64,000 nt of DNA from the human T2T-CHM13v2.0 reference genome, Homo sapiens. Location: the NCBI RefSeq assembly GCF_009914755.1, contig NC_060937.1. One strand, given 5' to 3'. The notes under the pieces were generated by a model. That model was not told the origin of the DNA. It saw only the letters and a list, made by a program, of their open reading frames with translations, and made no database searches. Shown here piece by piece: positions 44,237 to 58,688 of the stretch; position 1 is the first letter of the stretch; each line of letters starts with the position of its first letter. The position numbers and the translations under genes were made by a program.

Positions 44237-44472
44237 CCCTATATAGCCAAGGTGTGTAGTAGGCTATACCATATAGGTTTGTGTAAGTCCACTCTATGAT
44301 GTGTGTACAATGTCTAAGCTCCTAGGCTACCCACCTGTACAGCATGTTACTTCACTGAATACTGTAAGCAACTGTAACACAATGGTATTTGGGTATCAAA
44401 ACACATCTAAATATAGAAAATGTACAGTAAAAATACAGTATAAAAGACAAATGGTATACCTGTATAAGACAG

Positions 44473-46904
44473 TGATATGGCCTGGCTCTGTGTCCTCAAC
44501 TAAATTTCATCTTAAATTGTAATCAAAATTGTAATCCCCACATGTTGGGGGAGGGACCTCATGGGAGGTGACTAGATCATGGAGGTGGTTCCCCCATGCT
44601 GTTCTCATGATAGTGAGTTCTCATGAGATTTGATGGTTTCATAAGGGGCTTTTCCCTGCTTTGCTCTGAACTTCTCTCTCCTGCCACCATGTGAAGAAGG
44701 ACGTGTTCACTTCCCATTCCACTATAAATGTAAGTTTACTGAGGCCTCTCCAGCCATGCAGAACTGTAAGTCAATTAAACCTCTTTCATTTATAAATTAC
44801 CCAGTCTTGGGGTATTTCTTCATAGCAGCATAAGAACAAACTAATACAGTAAATTGGTACTGAGATAGTGGGGTACTGCTATGATACTTGAAAATGTGGA
44901 AGCAACTTTGGAACTGGGTAACAGGCAGAGATTGGAACAGTTTGGAGGGCTCAGAAGAAGACAGGAAAATATGGGAAAGTTTGGAACTTCCTAGATACTT
45001 GGAGGGCTCAGTAGACAGGAAGATGTGGGAAAGTTTGGAACTTCCTAGAGACTCTTTGAATGGTTTTGAACAAAATGCTGATAATGATATGGACAATGAA
45101 GAACAGGCAGAGGTGGTCTCAGATGGAGATGAGGAACTTCTTGGGAACTAAAGTAAAGGCGACTCTTGCCATGCTTTTGCAAAAAGGTGGCATTTTGTCC
45201 CTGTCCTACAGATCTGTAGCACTTTGAACTTGAGAGATAATTTAGGATATTTAGCGGAAGAAACTTTTAAGCAGCAAAGCATTTAAGAGGTGACTTGGAT
45301 GCTCTTAAAAGCATTCAGTTTTATGCATTCACAAAGATATGGGCTGGAATTAAAACTTTTGTTTAAAAGGGAAGCAGAGAATAAAAGTTTGATAAACTTG
45401 CAGCCTGATGATTCAGTAGAAAAGAAAAATCCATTTTCTGTGGAGAAATTCAAGCTTGCTACAGAAATTTGCATAAGTAATGACGAACTGAATGTTAACC
45501 ACCAAGACAATAGGGAAAATGTCTCCAGGGCATGTCAGAGACCTTCACAGAAGCCCCTCCCATCACAGGCCCAGACACCTAGGAGGGAAAAACGGTTTTG
45601 TTGGCTGGGCCCAAGGCCCCCTGCTGTGTGCAGCCTGGGACTTGTGCCCTGTGTCCCAGCCAGTCCAGCCATGGCTAAAAGGGGCCAAAGTACAGATCAG
45701 GCTGTTGCTTCATAGGGTGCAAGCCCCAAGCCTTGGCAGTTCCCACACAGTGTTGGTCCTACAGGTGCATGAAGTCAGGAATTGAGGTTAGAGAACCTCC
45801 TAGATTTCAGAGGATATATGGAAACACCTGAATGTCTAGGCAAAAGTTGCTGCAGTGGTGATGCCTGCATGAAGAACCTCTATTAGGGCAGTGCAGAAGG
45901 GAAATATAGAATTGAAGCCCCCCGCCGCCAGGGTCCCCACTGGGGTACTGCCTAGTGAAGCTTTGAGAAGATGGCCACCATCCTCCAGACCCCAGAATGG
46001 TAGGTCCATTGACAGCTTGCATCATGCACCTGGAAAAGCTGCAGACACTCAATGCTAGCCCATGAAAGCAGCCAGGACTGGGGCTGTACACTGCAAATTC
46101 ACAGGCCCAGAGTTGCCCAAGGTCTTAGGAGCCTACCTCTTGCATCAATGTGACCTGAATATAAGACATGGAGTCAACGAAGACTGTTTTGGAAGTTTAA
46201 GGTTTAATGACTGCCCTATTGGATTTCAGACTTGCATGGGACTTGTAGCCCCTTTGTTTTGGCCAGTTTCTCCCATTGGTGCAGGTGCATTTACCCAATG
46301 CCTCTACCCTGCACTGTATCTAGGAAGTAATTAACTTGCTTTTGATTTTACAGGTTCATGGGATGAAGGGACTTGCCTTGTCTCAGATGAGACTTCGGAC
46401 TTGGACATTTGGGTTAATGCTGAAATGAGTTAAGACTTTGGGGAACTGTTGGAAAGGCATCATTGTGTTTTAAAATGTGAGAAAGATGAGATTTGGGAGG
46501 GCCAGGGGCAGAATGATATGGTCTGGCTCTGAGTTCCCATCCAAATCTCATCTTGAATTGTAATCCATATTATAATCCCCACATGTTGGGGTAGGGACCT
46601 CATGGGAGGTGATTAGGTCATTATATCATGGAGGTGGCTACTCCATGCTGTTCCTATGATAGTGAGTTCTCATGAGATCTGATGGTTTTATAAGGGGCTT
46701 TTCCCCACTTCACTCAGCATTTCTCTCTCCTGCCTCCTGCCACCATGTGAAGAAGAACGTGTTTGCTTAACCTTTCTGCCATAATTGTAAGTTTCCTGGG
46801 GCCTCCCAGGCCCTGCAGGACTGTAAATTAATTAAACCTCTTTCCTTTATAAATTACACAGTCTCAGGTATCTCTTCATAGCAGCGTGAGAATGGACTAA
46901 TACA
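44473..46904 (+). mobile_element. Complete THE1D-like MaLR (LTRs 44473-44848 and 46514-46904, internal between)
   Basis: Two tgatatgg...ctaataca LTRs; internal MWKQLWNWVTGR-type sequence. Confidence 0.93.
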
Positions 46905-48184
46905 GTTACTATGAATGGAGCTTGCAGGATTGGCAGTTGCTTTGGGTGAGCCAGTGAGTGAGTGGAGAATAAAGTGAAGGCCTAGTATTATGGACACTGC
47001 TGTAAACTTTATAAACATTGTACACTTAGACACACAAAATTTATAAAAAGTATTTTTCTTCAAAAACTTTAGCTTAATGTAATTTTTAAATAACTTTTTA
47101 TTTGTTAAGCCTCTTGGACTTTTATAAAAATAATTAGCTTAAAACACAAATACATTGTACAGATGTACAAAAATGTCTTCTTTATATCCTTATTCTATAC
47201 ACATTTTTCTGTTTTTAAGTTTTATTTTTTTGCTTTTTAAACATTTTTCTTAAAAGCCAGAACACAAACATTCATATTGGTCTAGGCCTACACAGGGTCA
47301 GCATTATCAATATCACTGTCTCTCACTTCCACATCTCATTCCAAAGGAAGGTTTTTAGGGGCAATAACATGCATGAGCTGTCATGTCCTATGATAACAAT
47401 GCCTTCTTCTGGAATATCTTCCAAAGGACCTGCCTGAAGCTGTTTTACAGTTAATATTTTTTATAAGTAGGAGCATGCTGTAAAATAAAAATAAGGTTTT
47501 ATTTTCCCCAAGATGGCAGATTAAAGGCTTTCAGTATGCCTCAGCCACTTGGAAATAGCAACAGAGTAAAGTTCAACTATGTGAACTTTAATTCAAGAAG
47601 GAAAATGAGAAACCACCAGAATTGTGAAGGACACCCCAGATCCTGGAAAGGAGAATGCCGACAAACAGTCCCTGTGATGGTGTCCAGCTGATAGAAGTGA
47701 ATGAAGCCCCAGTACACGAAAGAGGCAGAGAGCCTCCTGTGACTCCCCTTTCCACTGGGGATCTGAGCAAACCAGGCTGAGGGAGAGCACTTTGTTTCTT
47801 CTGAGCCCTGGAGCTAACTAGGAGAAAGGCTTGGAGACACTCCCAGAGCTAAGACTGAGAGCAGGATGCCGTTTTTAATCTGAGCATATAAAGTCAGCCA
47901 TTCTTTAGCAACCTGGCAGTGTCACTGAGCAAGTATTTTTAGTCTTGGGCCAGAGATCGGGGAGTCTGCTCTGCAGTGGGCTATGGTCCTCCATGACCAG
48001 AACTGTGGAAAGTGCTTCAAGAGTAGGTGCTAGAATTGTGCTCCCCTCTGTCACAAGTCTAGGGCAAGAGGGGAGCTGCTACAGCTGCAGTTTCTCCTGG
48101 GTGGGGAGACTTGCAGCTAGGACCAGCTTGACAACCTGGAACTGATTTCTGTTTGTCATTGCTGGGTGCCCCACACAGCTCCCC

Positions 48185-48850
48185 CGAGATCATGGTGAAA
48201 CAGGGCCTTCTCTGCTTCACAGCCAGGCAGAAATCCAAGCATTTGAAGCATTTGTTTGCTTAGATCAGCAGCCTTACCCACCGTACCTTTCCTAGGCATA
48301 GATCATGGTGCAGAGGGGTTTTCACATTTGCTCCAAGACCAGGCAGATCTGAAGGTATTTTAAACACCCACTTGCCTGGATCAACAGCTTTGACCTGCCC
48401 CACCATTCATGGACATAGATTGTGGTGCAACAGGGCCTTCTCTGCTCCAGCCCAGGCAGATCTCCAGGCATTTGCAGCAACTGCTCACCTGGATCAGCAG
48501 CCTGAGCTGCCCCACTCTTTCTATGCAGACATCTTAGTACAAGAGGACCCTCTCTGCTTCACGCCCAGGCAGATCACCAGAACTTCAGAACACCCACTCA
48601 CCTGGTTAAGCAGCCTGAGCCACACTACCCTTCCCATGCAAGGTTCCTGCTATGGGGGGCCCTCTCTGGTATATGCCCAGGAAGAACTCTAGGCATGGCA
48701 TTCATAACACCAGCTTGTCTTGTTTATCAGATTGAGTCACCCTACACCTCCTCTACAGATCTTGCCACAGGGGGGCCCTCTTTGCTTCACATCCAGGCAG
48801 ACATGCAGGCATCTAGAGCACCCACTCTCCTAGATTAGGAGTTTAGCCTG
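48185..48850 (+). repeat. Six diverged ~114-bp monomers in the L1PA16 5'UTR
   Basis: Anchor ccagg(c/a)ag at 48223, 48339, 48452, 48565, 48677, 48793. Confidence 0.85.
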
Positions 48851-49311
48851 TCCCCTTCCTACCATCCATGTGTGGAGAGCTTGAGGCCAAAGATGTTTCC
48901 CAGCTCCATGTCTAGGCAAAAGACTGGGCATTTGGTGGCAGCACTGGATTCTCCCTCAGTGTTGGTGCTTGTGCCTGCCATCGGCAGATCTGTAGGCAAA
49001 CTTCTCCAGCCCAGCACTACGTATCTTTCCCCTAGCCCCTGAGGCTGAGCGGGGAGCTCAGACCACTGTGCATTTCACAAATTGGGCCATTGCCTGAGGC
49101 AAAAGAAAGCTTCTGCCAGTAAACAAGGATCAAGTATTGTTTTAGGCTACTCTTGAATTGCTATAAAGAAATATCTGAGACTGGGTAATTTTAATAGAAA
49201 AGATGTTCAATTGGCTCATGGTTCAGAGAAGGCCTTACAGAAAGCATGATGTTGGCATCTACTCAGCTTCTAGAAAGGCCTCAGGAAGCTTACAATCGTG
49301 TCAGAAGGTGA

Positions 49312-49673
<362 letters not shown>

Positions 49674-51580
49674 ACACAGTTTTAAACTACTCACAAATAG
49701 TGAGTTCTTGCACAAAGCAAGGGGATGGTGCTAAACCATTCTTGAGAAATCTACCCCCATGATCCAATCACCTCCCACTAGCCTCCACCTCCAACATTGG
49801 AGATGACATTTCAACATGAGATTTGGGTGAAGACAAATATCCAAACTATATCATTCCTCACCTGGCTCCCCAAAGCTCATGTCATCACAGTTTAAAATAC
49901 AATCATACCTTCTCAATAATCCCCCAAAGTCTTCCTCAAAAACCCAAAGTGAAAAGTCTCATCTGAGAAAAGGTGAATCCCTTCCACCTATGGGCCGGTA
50001 AAATCAAGAACAAGTTATTTACATCCAAGATACAATGGAGGTACAGGCATTGGGTAAACATTCTATTGCAAAAGGGAGAAATCAGCCAAAAGAAAGGGAC
50101 TACAAGGCCCCATGTAAGTCCAAAACTCAGCAGGGCAGTCATTAAATCTTAAACCTCTTAAACAGTCTCCTTTGAGTCTATGTACTACATCCAAAGCACA
50201 CTGATAGCAGCAGTGGGCTCCCAAGGCCTGGAGAAGCTCTGCTGCTGTGGCTTCGCAGGGTTTATCTCCTGAGGCTGCTTTTATGGATTGGAATTGAGTG
50301 CCTGCAGCTTTTCCACACAGAGGGTGCAAGTGCCAGTGGATCTACCATTCTGGGGTCTGGAAGACAGTGGCCTAGTTCCCACAGCTCCACTAAGTAATGC
50401 GCCAGCAGGGACTCTGTAGGCCCTCCAACCCCACGTTTCCCCTCCATACTGCCCCAGCAGATGTTCTCTGTGAGGGCTCTGCCCTTGCAGTGGACTTCTG
50501 CCTGAGCACTCAGGGTTTTGTATATATCCTCTGAAATCTAGGCAGAGGCTGCCAAGTCTCATACATTCCTGCACTCTTTACACCTGCAGGCTTAACACCA
50601 AATGCAAACTGCCAAGGCTTATGGCTTATATTATCCAAAGTGGCAGCTGTACCTGAGTGCCTTTGAGCCATGACTGGAGTGGCTGGGATATGGGGAGCAG
50701 TGTCATGAAGCTGCACACAGTAATGTGTCCCTGGGCCTGACTCCCAGAACCATTCAGTCCTCCTAGGCCTCAGGGCTAACAATGGGAGGGGGAGCCTGGA
50801 AGATTTCTGAAATGGCTTCAAGGTCTTTTTCCCATTGTCTTGGCTGTTAGCACTTGAGCCTTTTTCACATATACAAATTTCTCTAGCAAGTGATTGCTCC
50901 ACTGCCTGCTTCAATTTCTCTCCTGAAAAAGCTTTATCTTTCTCTGCCACATGGCCATTCTGCAAATATTACAAACTTTTATGCTCTGCTTCCCTTTGAA
51001 ATGTGTATTCCAATTTTAAGTCATTTCTTCATTCCCACATCCGAGTATAAGCCCTTAGAAGCAGCCAGATCACTTATTGAATGCTTTGTTGCTTAGAAAC
51101 TTCTTCTGCCAGATACCCTAAATCATAATTCTGAAGTCCAAAGTTCCACAGATCCTTAGGGCATGAACACAATCCAGCCAACCTCTTTGCTAAGGCATAA
51201 CATGTGTGACCTTTACTCCAGTTCCCAATAAGTTTCTCATTTCTATCTGAGACTTCCTCAGCCTGGACTTCATTGTCCATATCTCCATCAGCATTTTGGT
51301 CACAACAATTGAACCAGTCCCTAAGAAGTTCCAAACTTTCCCACATCTTCCTGTCTTTTTCTGAGCCCACCAAACTTTTCCAAACTCTGCCTGTTACCCA
51401 ATTCCAAAGCTGCTTCCACATTTTTAGGTATCTTTATAGCTATTCCCCACTCCTGGCATCAATTTTCTGTATTAGACTGTTTTTGCACTACTATAAAGAA
51501 ATACCTGAGACTGGGTAATTTATAAAGAAAAGAAGTTTAATCAGCTCATGGTTCTGTAAGCTTTACAGGAAGTGTGGTGC

Positions 51581-52306
51581 TGAAACCTCCTATGCAAAAA
51601 TTATAACTGGGACAATTATGACAATGAAAGAGATTAGACCTAACCAGCTCCATCTTACCTCTAACCCTTAAGCTGTCTTTGTTCATTCCTGAGCATAGGC
51701 TGAACCTTGGGAAAAAATTCAGTTTATGATTTGACTCTGAAACAAAATTGATAATACTTCTTTCCCAAAAAGACCCTCCTCACCTGGGAACTAGTCTGTC
51801 TTCGTCAGACTAACAAATTATCTACAAGACTAGAAATTACTACAGTTTAGGAGTCATGCAGCCTCTGGCTTCAAGAGTCTGAACCTCTCCAAATTGCTCC
51901 TGGGCATAACATCAGTATCGTAGAACCTAAGATTGGTGCTTATGATATGTTGCAGACCCTGCACAATGGATCAGTTTACACTACCCAGAGGGTAATCTGG
52001 CTCAACCAGTTCTGTGATCCCACCCAGGAACAGAAGACAGCAAGAAAACCTCACTTCAACCCTTCTATGATTTCATCTCCAACCTGACCAATCAGCAGTC
52101 CCCACTTCCCGAATCCCTACCTGCCAAATTATCTTTAAAAACTCCAATCCCCTAATGCTCAGGGAGACTGATTTGAGTAATAATAAAACTCCAGTCTCCT
52201 GCATGGCCGGTCTATGTGGATTATTCTTTCTCCATTGCAATTTCTCTGTCTTGATAAATCAACTCTGTCTAGGCAGTGGGTAAGGTGAACCCACTGGGCA
52301 GTTATA
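51581..52306 (+). mobile_element. LTR8 (ERV1) solo LTR inside the MSTA 5' LTR
   Basis: tgaaacc...gcaaaaattataactg start; aaggtgaacccactgggcagttata end; 4-bp TSD gtgc at 51577-51580 and 52307-52310. Confidence 0.9.
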
Positions 52307-54703
52307 GTGCTGGCATTTGCTTGGCTTCTGGTGAGGCATCACGAAGCTTACAATCGTGGTGGAAGACAAAGGAGAAGCAGGCATCTCATATGGTGGGAGC
52401 AGGAGCAAGAGAGAGAGAGAGTTTGGGGGGGAGGTGACACACACTTTTGAAAGACCAGATCTCACGAGAACTCATATCATGAGAAGAGCAAGCAAGTGTA
52501 TGGTACTAAACCATTCATGAAAAATCCACCCCAATGATCCAATAACCTCCCACCAGGCCTAAACTTTAATACTGGGGATTACATCTCACTATGAGATTTG
52601 GCGAGGACACATATTCAAAGTATATTAAGTATATACTAAGCCACATTGGCCACAGCTGGCTCTTATGTATAATTGCCATCTACAAGCTTGTAAGTCAGAC
52701 TACACAATGCAATATAAAACCTGCCAAAAGAAGTGCATAGGGCTATAGTAGCAAAACTAAAGGATCCTATGCAGCTTTCTCTACTGTCACACCCCCTAGA
52801 GAGGGGGGAAAGAAAAAGAGAAAGAAAATAATAATAATATAGGGAAAGAAAGAAAAAGAAAAAATTCTAGTTGCATGAAAATAATTACAAAAATTAGAAA
52901 TGCCAGCATCTCTAGATGAGAAGAAACCAGTGTAAAAATTTTGGAACCATGAAAAATCTAAATGTAGTGGCACCATTAAAGAATTGCATTTGCTCTCTAG
53001 TAATGGTCCCTAACCAATGTGAAAACTGAAAATTATTGATAAATAATTCAAAGCATGGGTTGCAAAAAATCTCAGTGAGATTCGAGACAAGCTTGACAAT
53101 CAACAGAAATACATTTCTAAAGCAATCCAGGAAATGAAGAGACAGACATCTTAAAAAGGAATCAATCAGAGATTCCAGAATTGAAAAACTCACTTAAGGA
53201 ATTTCAAAATACAATTGAAAGCCTTATCAATAGATTAGACCAAGCAGAAGAAATAATTTCAGAATTTGGAGACTGGTCTTTCAAACTAACCCAATCAGAC
53301 AAAAATAAAGAAAATAGAATTTTTAACAATATACAAAGTATTTGAGAAATATGGGATTATGTAAAATTCCCAAACCTACAAATTATTGGCATTCCTGAGA
53401 GAGGAGAAAAAGTAAACAACCTGAAAAAATATATTTGAAAGAATAATTTTCCTAATCATGCTAGAGAGGTAGGCATCCAGATACAAAAAATCCAGAGAAC
53501 ACTGGTGAGATACTATACAAAATGAACCCTACCAAGGTATATAGCCACCAGACTGTCCAAAGTCAACACTAAAGAAAAGATCTTAAAGGTAGCTAGAGAA
53601 AAAGGACAGATCACATATGAAAGAAACCTCATTAGGCTAACAGTGGATTTCAGCAGAAACCTTACAAGCCAGGAGGGACTGGGCACTTACTTTCAGCATT
53701 TTTAAAGATAAAAATTCAACTGAGAATTTCATACCCCACCAAATTAAGCAAAGGAGAAATAAAATATTTTCCAGAGAAGCAAGTGTTATGGGAATTCGTT
53801 ACCACTAGGCCAGCCTTACAAGAGATTCTTAAGGGAGTTCTAAACATGGAAACAAAAGAACAATACTTGCTACCAGAAAAACACACATAAGTACATAGCC
53901 TACAGACCCTATGAAATAACCACAAAATAGAAACCATAAAGCAACCAGCTAACACCTTCATGATAGGATCAAAACTTCACATATTAATATTAACCTTCAA
54001 TGTAAATAGTCTAAACACCCTACTTAAAAGGCAGAGTGGCAAGTCGGATTAAAAAAAGAAGACCACCCATATATCTCCTGTCCTCAAGAGACCCATCTCA
54101 AACATAACAGCACCAATAGGCTCAAAGTAAAGGGTTGGAGAAAATTCTATGATGCAAATGGAAAACAAAAAAGAACAGGGGTCATTATTCTTATATCAGA
54201 CACAACAGACTTTAGCAACAGTAAAAAAGGACAAAGAAAGGCATTACATAATGAAAAAGGGTTCAATTCATAAAGAAGGCTTAACTATCCTAAATATATA
54301 TGCACCCTACATTACAGCACCCATATAAGTAATGAAAGTACTTCTAGACCTAAAAGACTTAAACAGCCACAGAATAATAGTGGAAAATTTCAACACCCCA
54401 CTGACAGCTTTAGAGAGATTGTCAAGTTAGGAAACTAACAAAGAAATTCTGTATGTAAACTTGACACTTCGTCCATTGGACCTAATAGAAAACTACAGAA
54501 TAATCCACCCACCAACCATAGACTATATATTCTTCTCATCTGCACACAGAAAATACTCCAAGATCTACCAATGTTCAGCCATAAAGCAAGTCTCGATAAA
54601 TTTAAAAAAAAGAAATTATTCCTATCATATTCTTAGACTACAGTAGAATAAAAATAGAAATCAATACTCAGAAGATCCCTCAAAACCACACTGTTACATA
54701 GAC

Positions 54704-55034
<331 letters not shown>

Positions 55035-56359
55035 TCAAGGCAGAAATTTAAAAATTATTTGAAATAAATGAAAACAGAGATGCAATATACCAAAGTCTCT
55101 GGGATGCAGCAAAAGCAGTGTTAAGCAGAAAGTTTATAGAGCTAAATGCCTGCCCAAAAAGTCAGAATGATCTCAAACTAATGCTCTACCTTCACATCTA
55201 GAGGAAATAGAAAAACAAGAATTAATTCGAAAGCTAGCAGAAGAAAACAAATATGTAAAATCAGAGTGGAACACAATGAAATCGAGATTCAAAAATCCAT
55301 ACAAAGAATTAGTAAAACCAAAAGTTGATTTTTGAAAGAATAAACAAGATCCATAGACCAGTAGCTAGATTAACAAAGAAAAAGAGAAGCTCTAAATAAG
55401 CAAAATCAGAAACAACAAAGGTGACATTACAACTGATCCCAGAGAAATACAAAACATTCTCAGAGGCTATTATGAATACCTTTATGAACACAAACTAGAA
55501 AATCTAGAGGAAATAGATAAATTCCTGAAAACACACAATCTCCCAAGACTGAATCAGAAAGAAAGTAAAACACTGAACAGACTAATATGGAGTCTCAAAA
55601 TTGAATCAGTAATAAAAATCCTACCAACCAAAAAAATCCCTAGACCAAGTGAATTTACACTCAAATTCTATCAAACATACAAAGACCTAGTACCAATTCT
55701 ACTGAAACTATGAAACCAGCATTACCCTGATACTAAAACCTAGCAAAAACATAATGCAAAAAGAACAGGTGACATCTCTGATGAACATAAATGCAAAAAT
55801 CCTCAACACAATACCAGCAAACCAAATGTAATAGTAAATCAAAAAGTTAATTCACATTCTAAACAAAAAGAGCAAAGCTGGAGGCATCATACTACGTTTC
55901 TTCAAACTAATTTACAAGGCTACAGGAACTAAAACAGCATGGGACTGGTACAAAAACAGACACAGATTAATGGAACAGAATACAGTACCCAGAAATAAAG
56001 CTGCACACCTACAATCATCTGATCTTTGCAAAGTCAACAATAACAAGCACTGGGGAAAGAACTGCCTATTCATTAAATGGTGCTGGAATAACCAGCCAAC
56101 CATATATGGAAGATTAAAACTGAGCCCCTACCTTTCACCATATACAAAAATCAGCTCAAGGTGGATTAAAGACTTAATACAAAATCTCAATCTATAAAAA
56201 ACCTAGAAGAAAGCCAAGGAAATAGCATTCTGGCATTGACCCTGGCAAATATTTTATGATAAAGATTCCAAAAGAAATTGCAACAACAACAAAAATTGAC
56301 AAGTGAGACCTAAGTAAACAGACAACCTACATAATGAGAGAAAATATTTACAAACTATG

Positions 56360-58688
56360 TGTATTAGTTTATTTTCATGCTGCTGATAAAGACATACCTG
56401 AAACTGGAAACAAAAAGAAGTTTAATTGGACTTACAGTTCCACATGGCTGGGAAGGCCTCAGAATCAAGGCAGGAGGTGAAAGGCACTTCTTACATGGCA
56501 GCAGCAAGAGAAAAATGAGGAAGCAGCAAAAGTGGAAACCCCTGATAAACCCATCAGATCTTGTGAGACTTATTCACTATCATGAGAATAGCATGGAAAG
56601 ACCAGCCCCCATAACTCAATTACCTCCCCCTGGGTCCCTCCCACAACATGTGAGAATTCTGGGAATTCTCAACTCAAGTTGAGATTTCAGTGGGGACACA
56701 GCCAAACCATATCATTCCACCCCTGGACCCTCCAAATCTCATGTCCTCACATTCCAAAATCAATCATGTCTTCCTAACAGTCCCCCAAAGCCTTAATTCA
56801 TTTCAGCATTAGTCCACAGTCCAAAGTCTCATCTGAGACAAGGCAAGTCCCTCCTGCCTATGAGCCTGTAAAATCAAAAGCAAGCTAGTTATATCCTAGA
56901 TACAATGGGGGTACAGGTATTGGGTAAATACAGCCATTCCAAGTGAGAGAAACTGGCCAAAACAAAGGGGTTATGGGGCCCATGCAAGTTTGAAATCTAA
57001 CAGGGTAGTCAAATTTTAAAGCTCCAAAATTATCTCCTTTGACTCCAGCTCTCACCTCCTGGTCACTCTGATGTAAAAGGTGGGTTCCCATGGTCTTGGG
57101 CAGCTCTGCCCCTGTGGCTTTTCAGGGTACAGACTCCCTCCTGGCTACTTTCACAGGCTGGCATGGAGTGGCTATAGCTTTTCCAGGCGCACAGTACAAG
57201 CTATTGGTGGATCTGCCATTCTGAGGTCTGGAGGACAGTGGCCCTCTTCTCACAGCTCCTCTAGGCAGTGTCCCAGTAGAGACTCTGTGTGGGGGTTCCG
57301 ACCCCACATTTCCCTTCTGCACTGCCCTAGCAGAGGTTCTCCATGAGGGCCCTGCCCCTGCAGCAAATTTTGCCTGGTCATCCAGGCGTTTCCATACATC
57401 TTCTGAAATCTAGGTGGAGGTTCCCAAGCCTCAATTATTTACTTCTGTGCACTTGCAGGCTCAACACCACATGGAAGCTGCCAAGGCTTGGGGCTTCCAC
57501 TTTCTGAAGCCACAGCCTGAGCTCTACGTTGGCCCCTTTCAGCCATGGCTGGAGTGGTTGGGGTACAGGGCACCAAGTCCCTAGGCTGCACACAGCATGG
57601 GGACGCTGGGTCCAGCCCACTAAACAACTTTTTCCTCCTGGACCTCTGGGCCTGTGATGAGATGGGCTGCTGTGAAGGTCTCTGGCATGGCCTGGAGACT
57701 TTCCCCATGGTCTTGGGGATTAACATTAGGCTCCTTGCTACTTGTGCAAATTTCTGCAGCCAGCCTGAATTTCTCCTCAGAAAATGGGTTTTTCTTTCCT
57801 GCTGCATCGTCAGGCTGCAAATTTTCTGAACTGTTATGTTGTTTCCCTTTTAAGTGGAATGCTTTTAACAGCACCTAAGTCACCTTTTGAATGCTTTGCT
57901 GCTTAGAAGTTTCTTCTGTCAGATACCCTAAATCATCTCTCCCAAGTTCAAAGTTCCACAAATCTCCAGGGCAGGGGCAAAATGCCGCTAGTCTCTTTGC
58001 TAAAACATAACAAGAGTCACCCTTGCTCCAGTTCCCAACGAGTTCCTCATCTCCATCTGAGACCACCTCAGCCTGGACCTTATTGTTCATATCATTGTCA
58101 GCATTATTGTCAAAGCCATTCAACAAGTCTCTAGGAGGTTCCACATTTTCCTGTCTTCTTCTGAACTCTCCAAACTGTTCCACAACCCCTGCCTGTTACC
58201 CATTTCCTAAGTTGCTTCCACATTTTCGGATATCTTTTCAGCAACGTCCCATTCTATGGGTACCAATTTACTATATTAGTTTGTTTTCACACTGCTGATA
58301 AAGACATACCCGAAACTGGGAACAAAAACAGGTTTAATTGGACTCACAGTTCCACATGGCTGGAGAAGCCTCAGAATCATGGTGGCAAAAACAGGTTTAA
58401 TTGGACTCACAGTTCCACATGGCTGGAGAGGTCTCAGAATCATGGCGGGAGGTGAAAGACACTCCTTACGTGATGGCAGCAAGAAAAAAATGAGGAGGAA
58501 GCAAAAGCAGAAACCCTTGATAAACCCAGCAGATCCTGTGAGACTTATTCACTATCACAAGAATAACATGGGAAAGACAGCATCCATGATTCAATTACCT
58601 CCCCCTGGGTCCCTCCCACAACACTTCAGAATTCTGGGAGATACAATTTAAGTTGAGATTTTGGTGGGGACATAGCCAAACCATATCA
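56360..58688 (-). mobile_element. Complete THE1A-like MaLR (LTRs 56360-56713 and 58272-58688)
   Basis: Two LTRs with gaaaccc(c/t)tgataaaccca motif; ~1.56 kb internal region. Confidence 0.93.

Larger units (their letters stand above)
43484..47492. mobile_element. Tigger3b (TcMar-Tigger) in pieces 43484-43616, 44313-44472, 46905-47492; distal end missing
   Basis: TA + tagccat...cacttaatgatggggatacattttgagaaatgc; acacctaggctata; atgaatggagcttgcaggattgg. Confidence 0.88.

Noticed and set aside
44941-45053. ~57-bp tandem duplication in THE1D internal sequence
   Set aside because: I recall this duplication as common in THE1-int copies, so it is probably inherited rather than locus-specific.
48185-48850. 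CRISPR-like periodic array
   Set aside because: Eukaryotic L1 UTR; units are homologous throughout, with no unique spacers and no cas genes.
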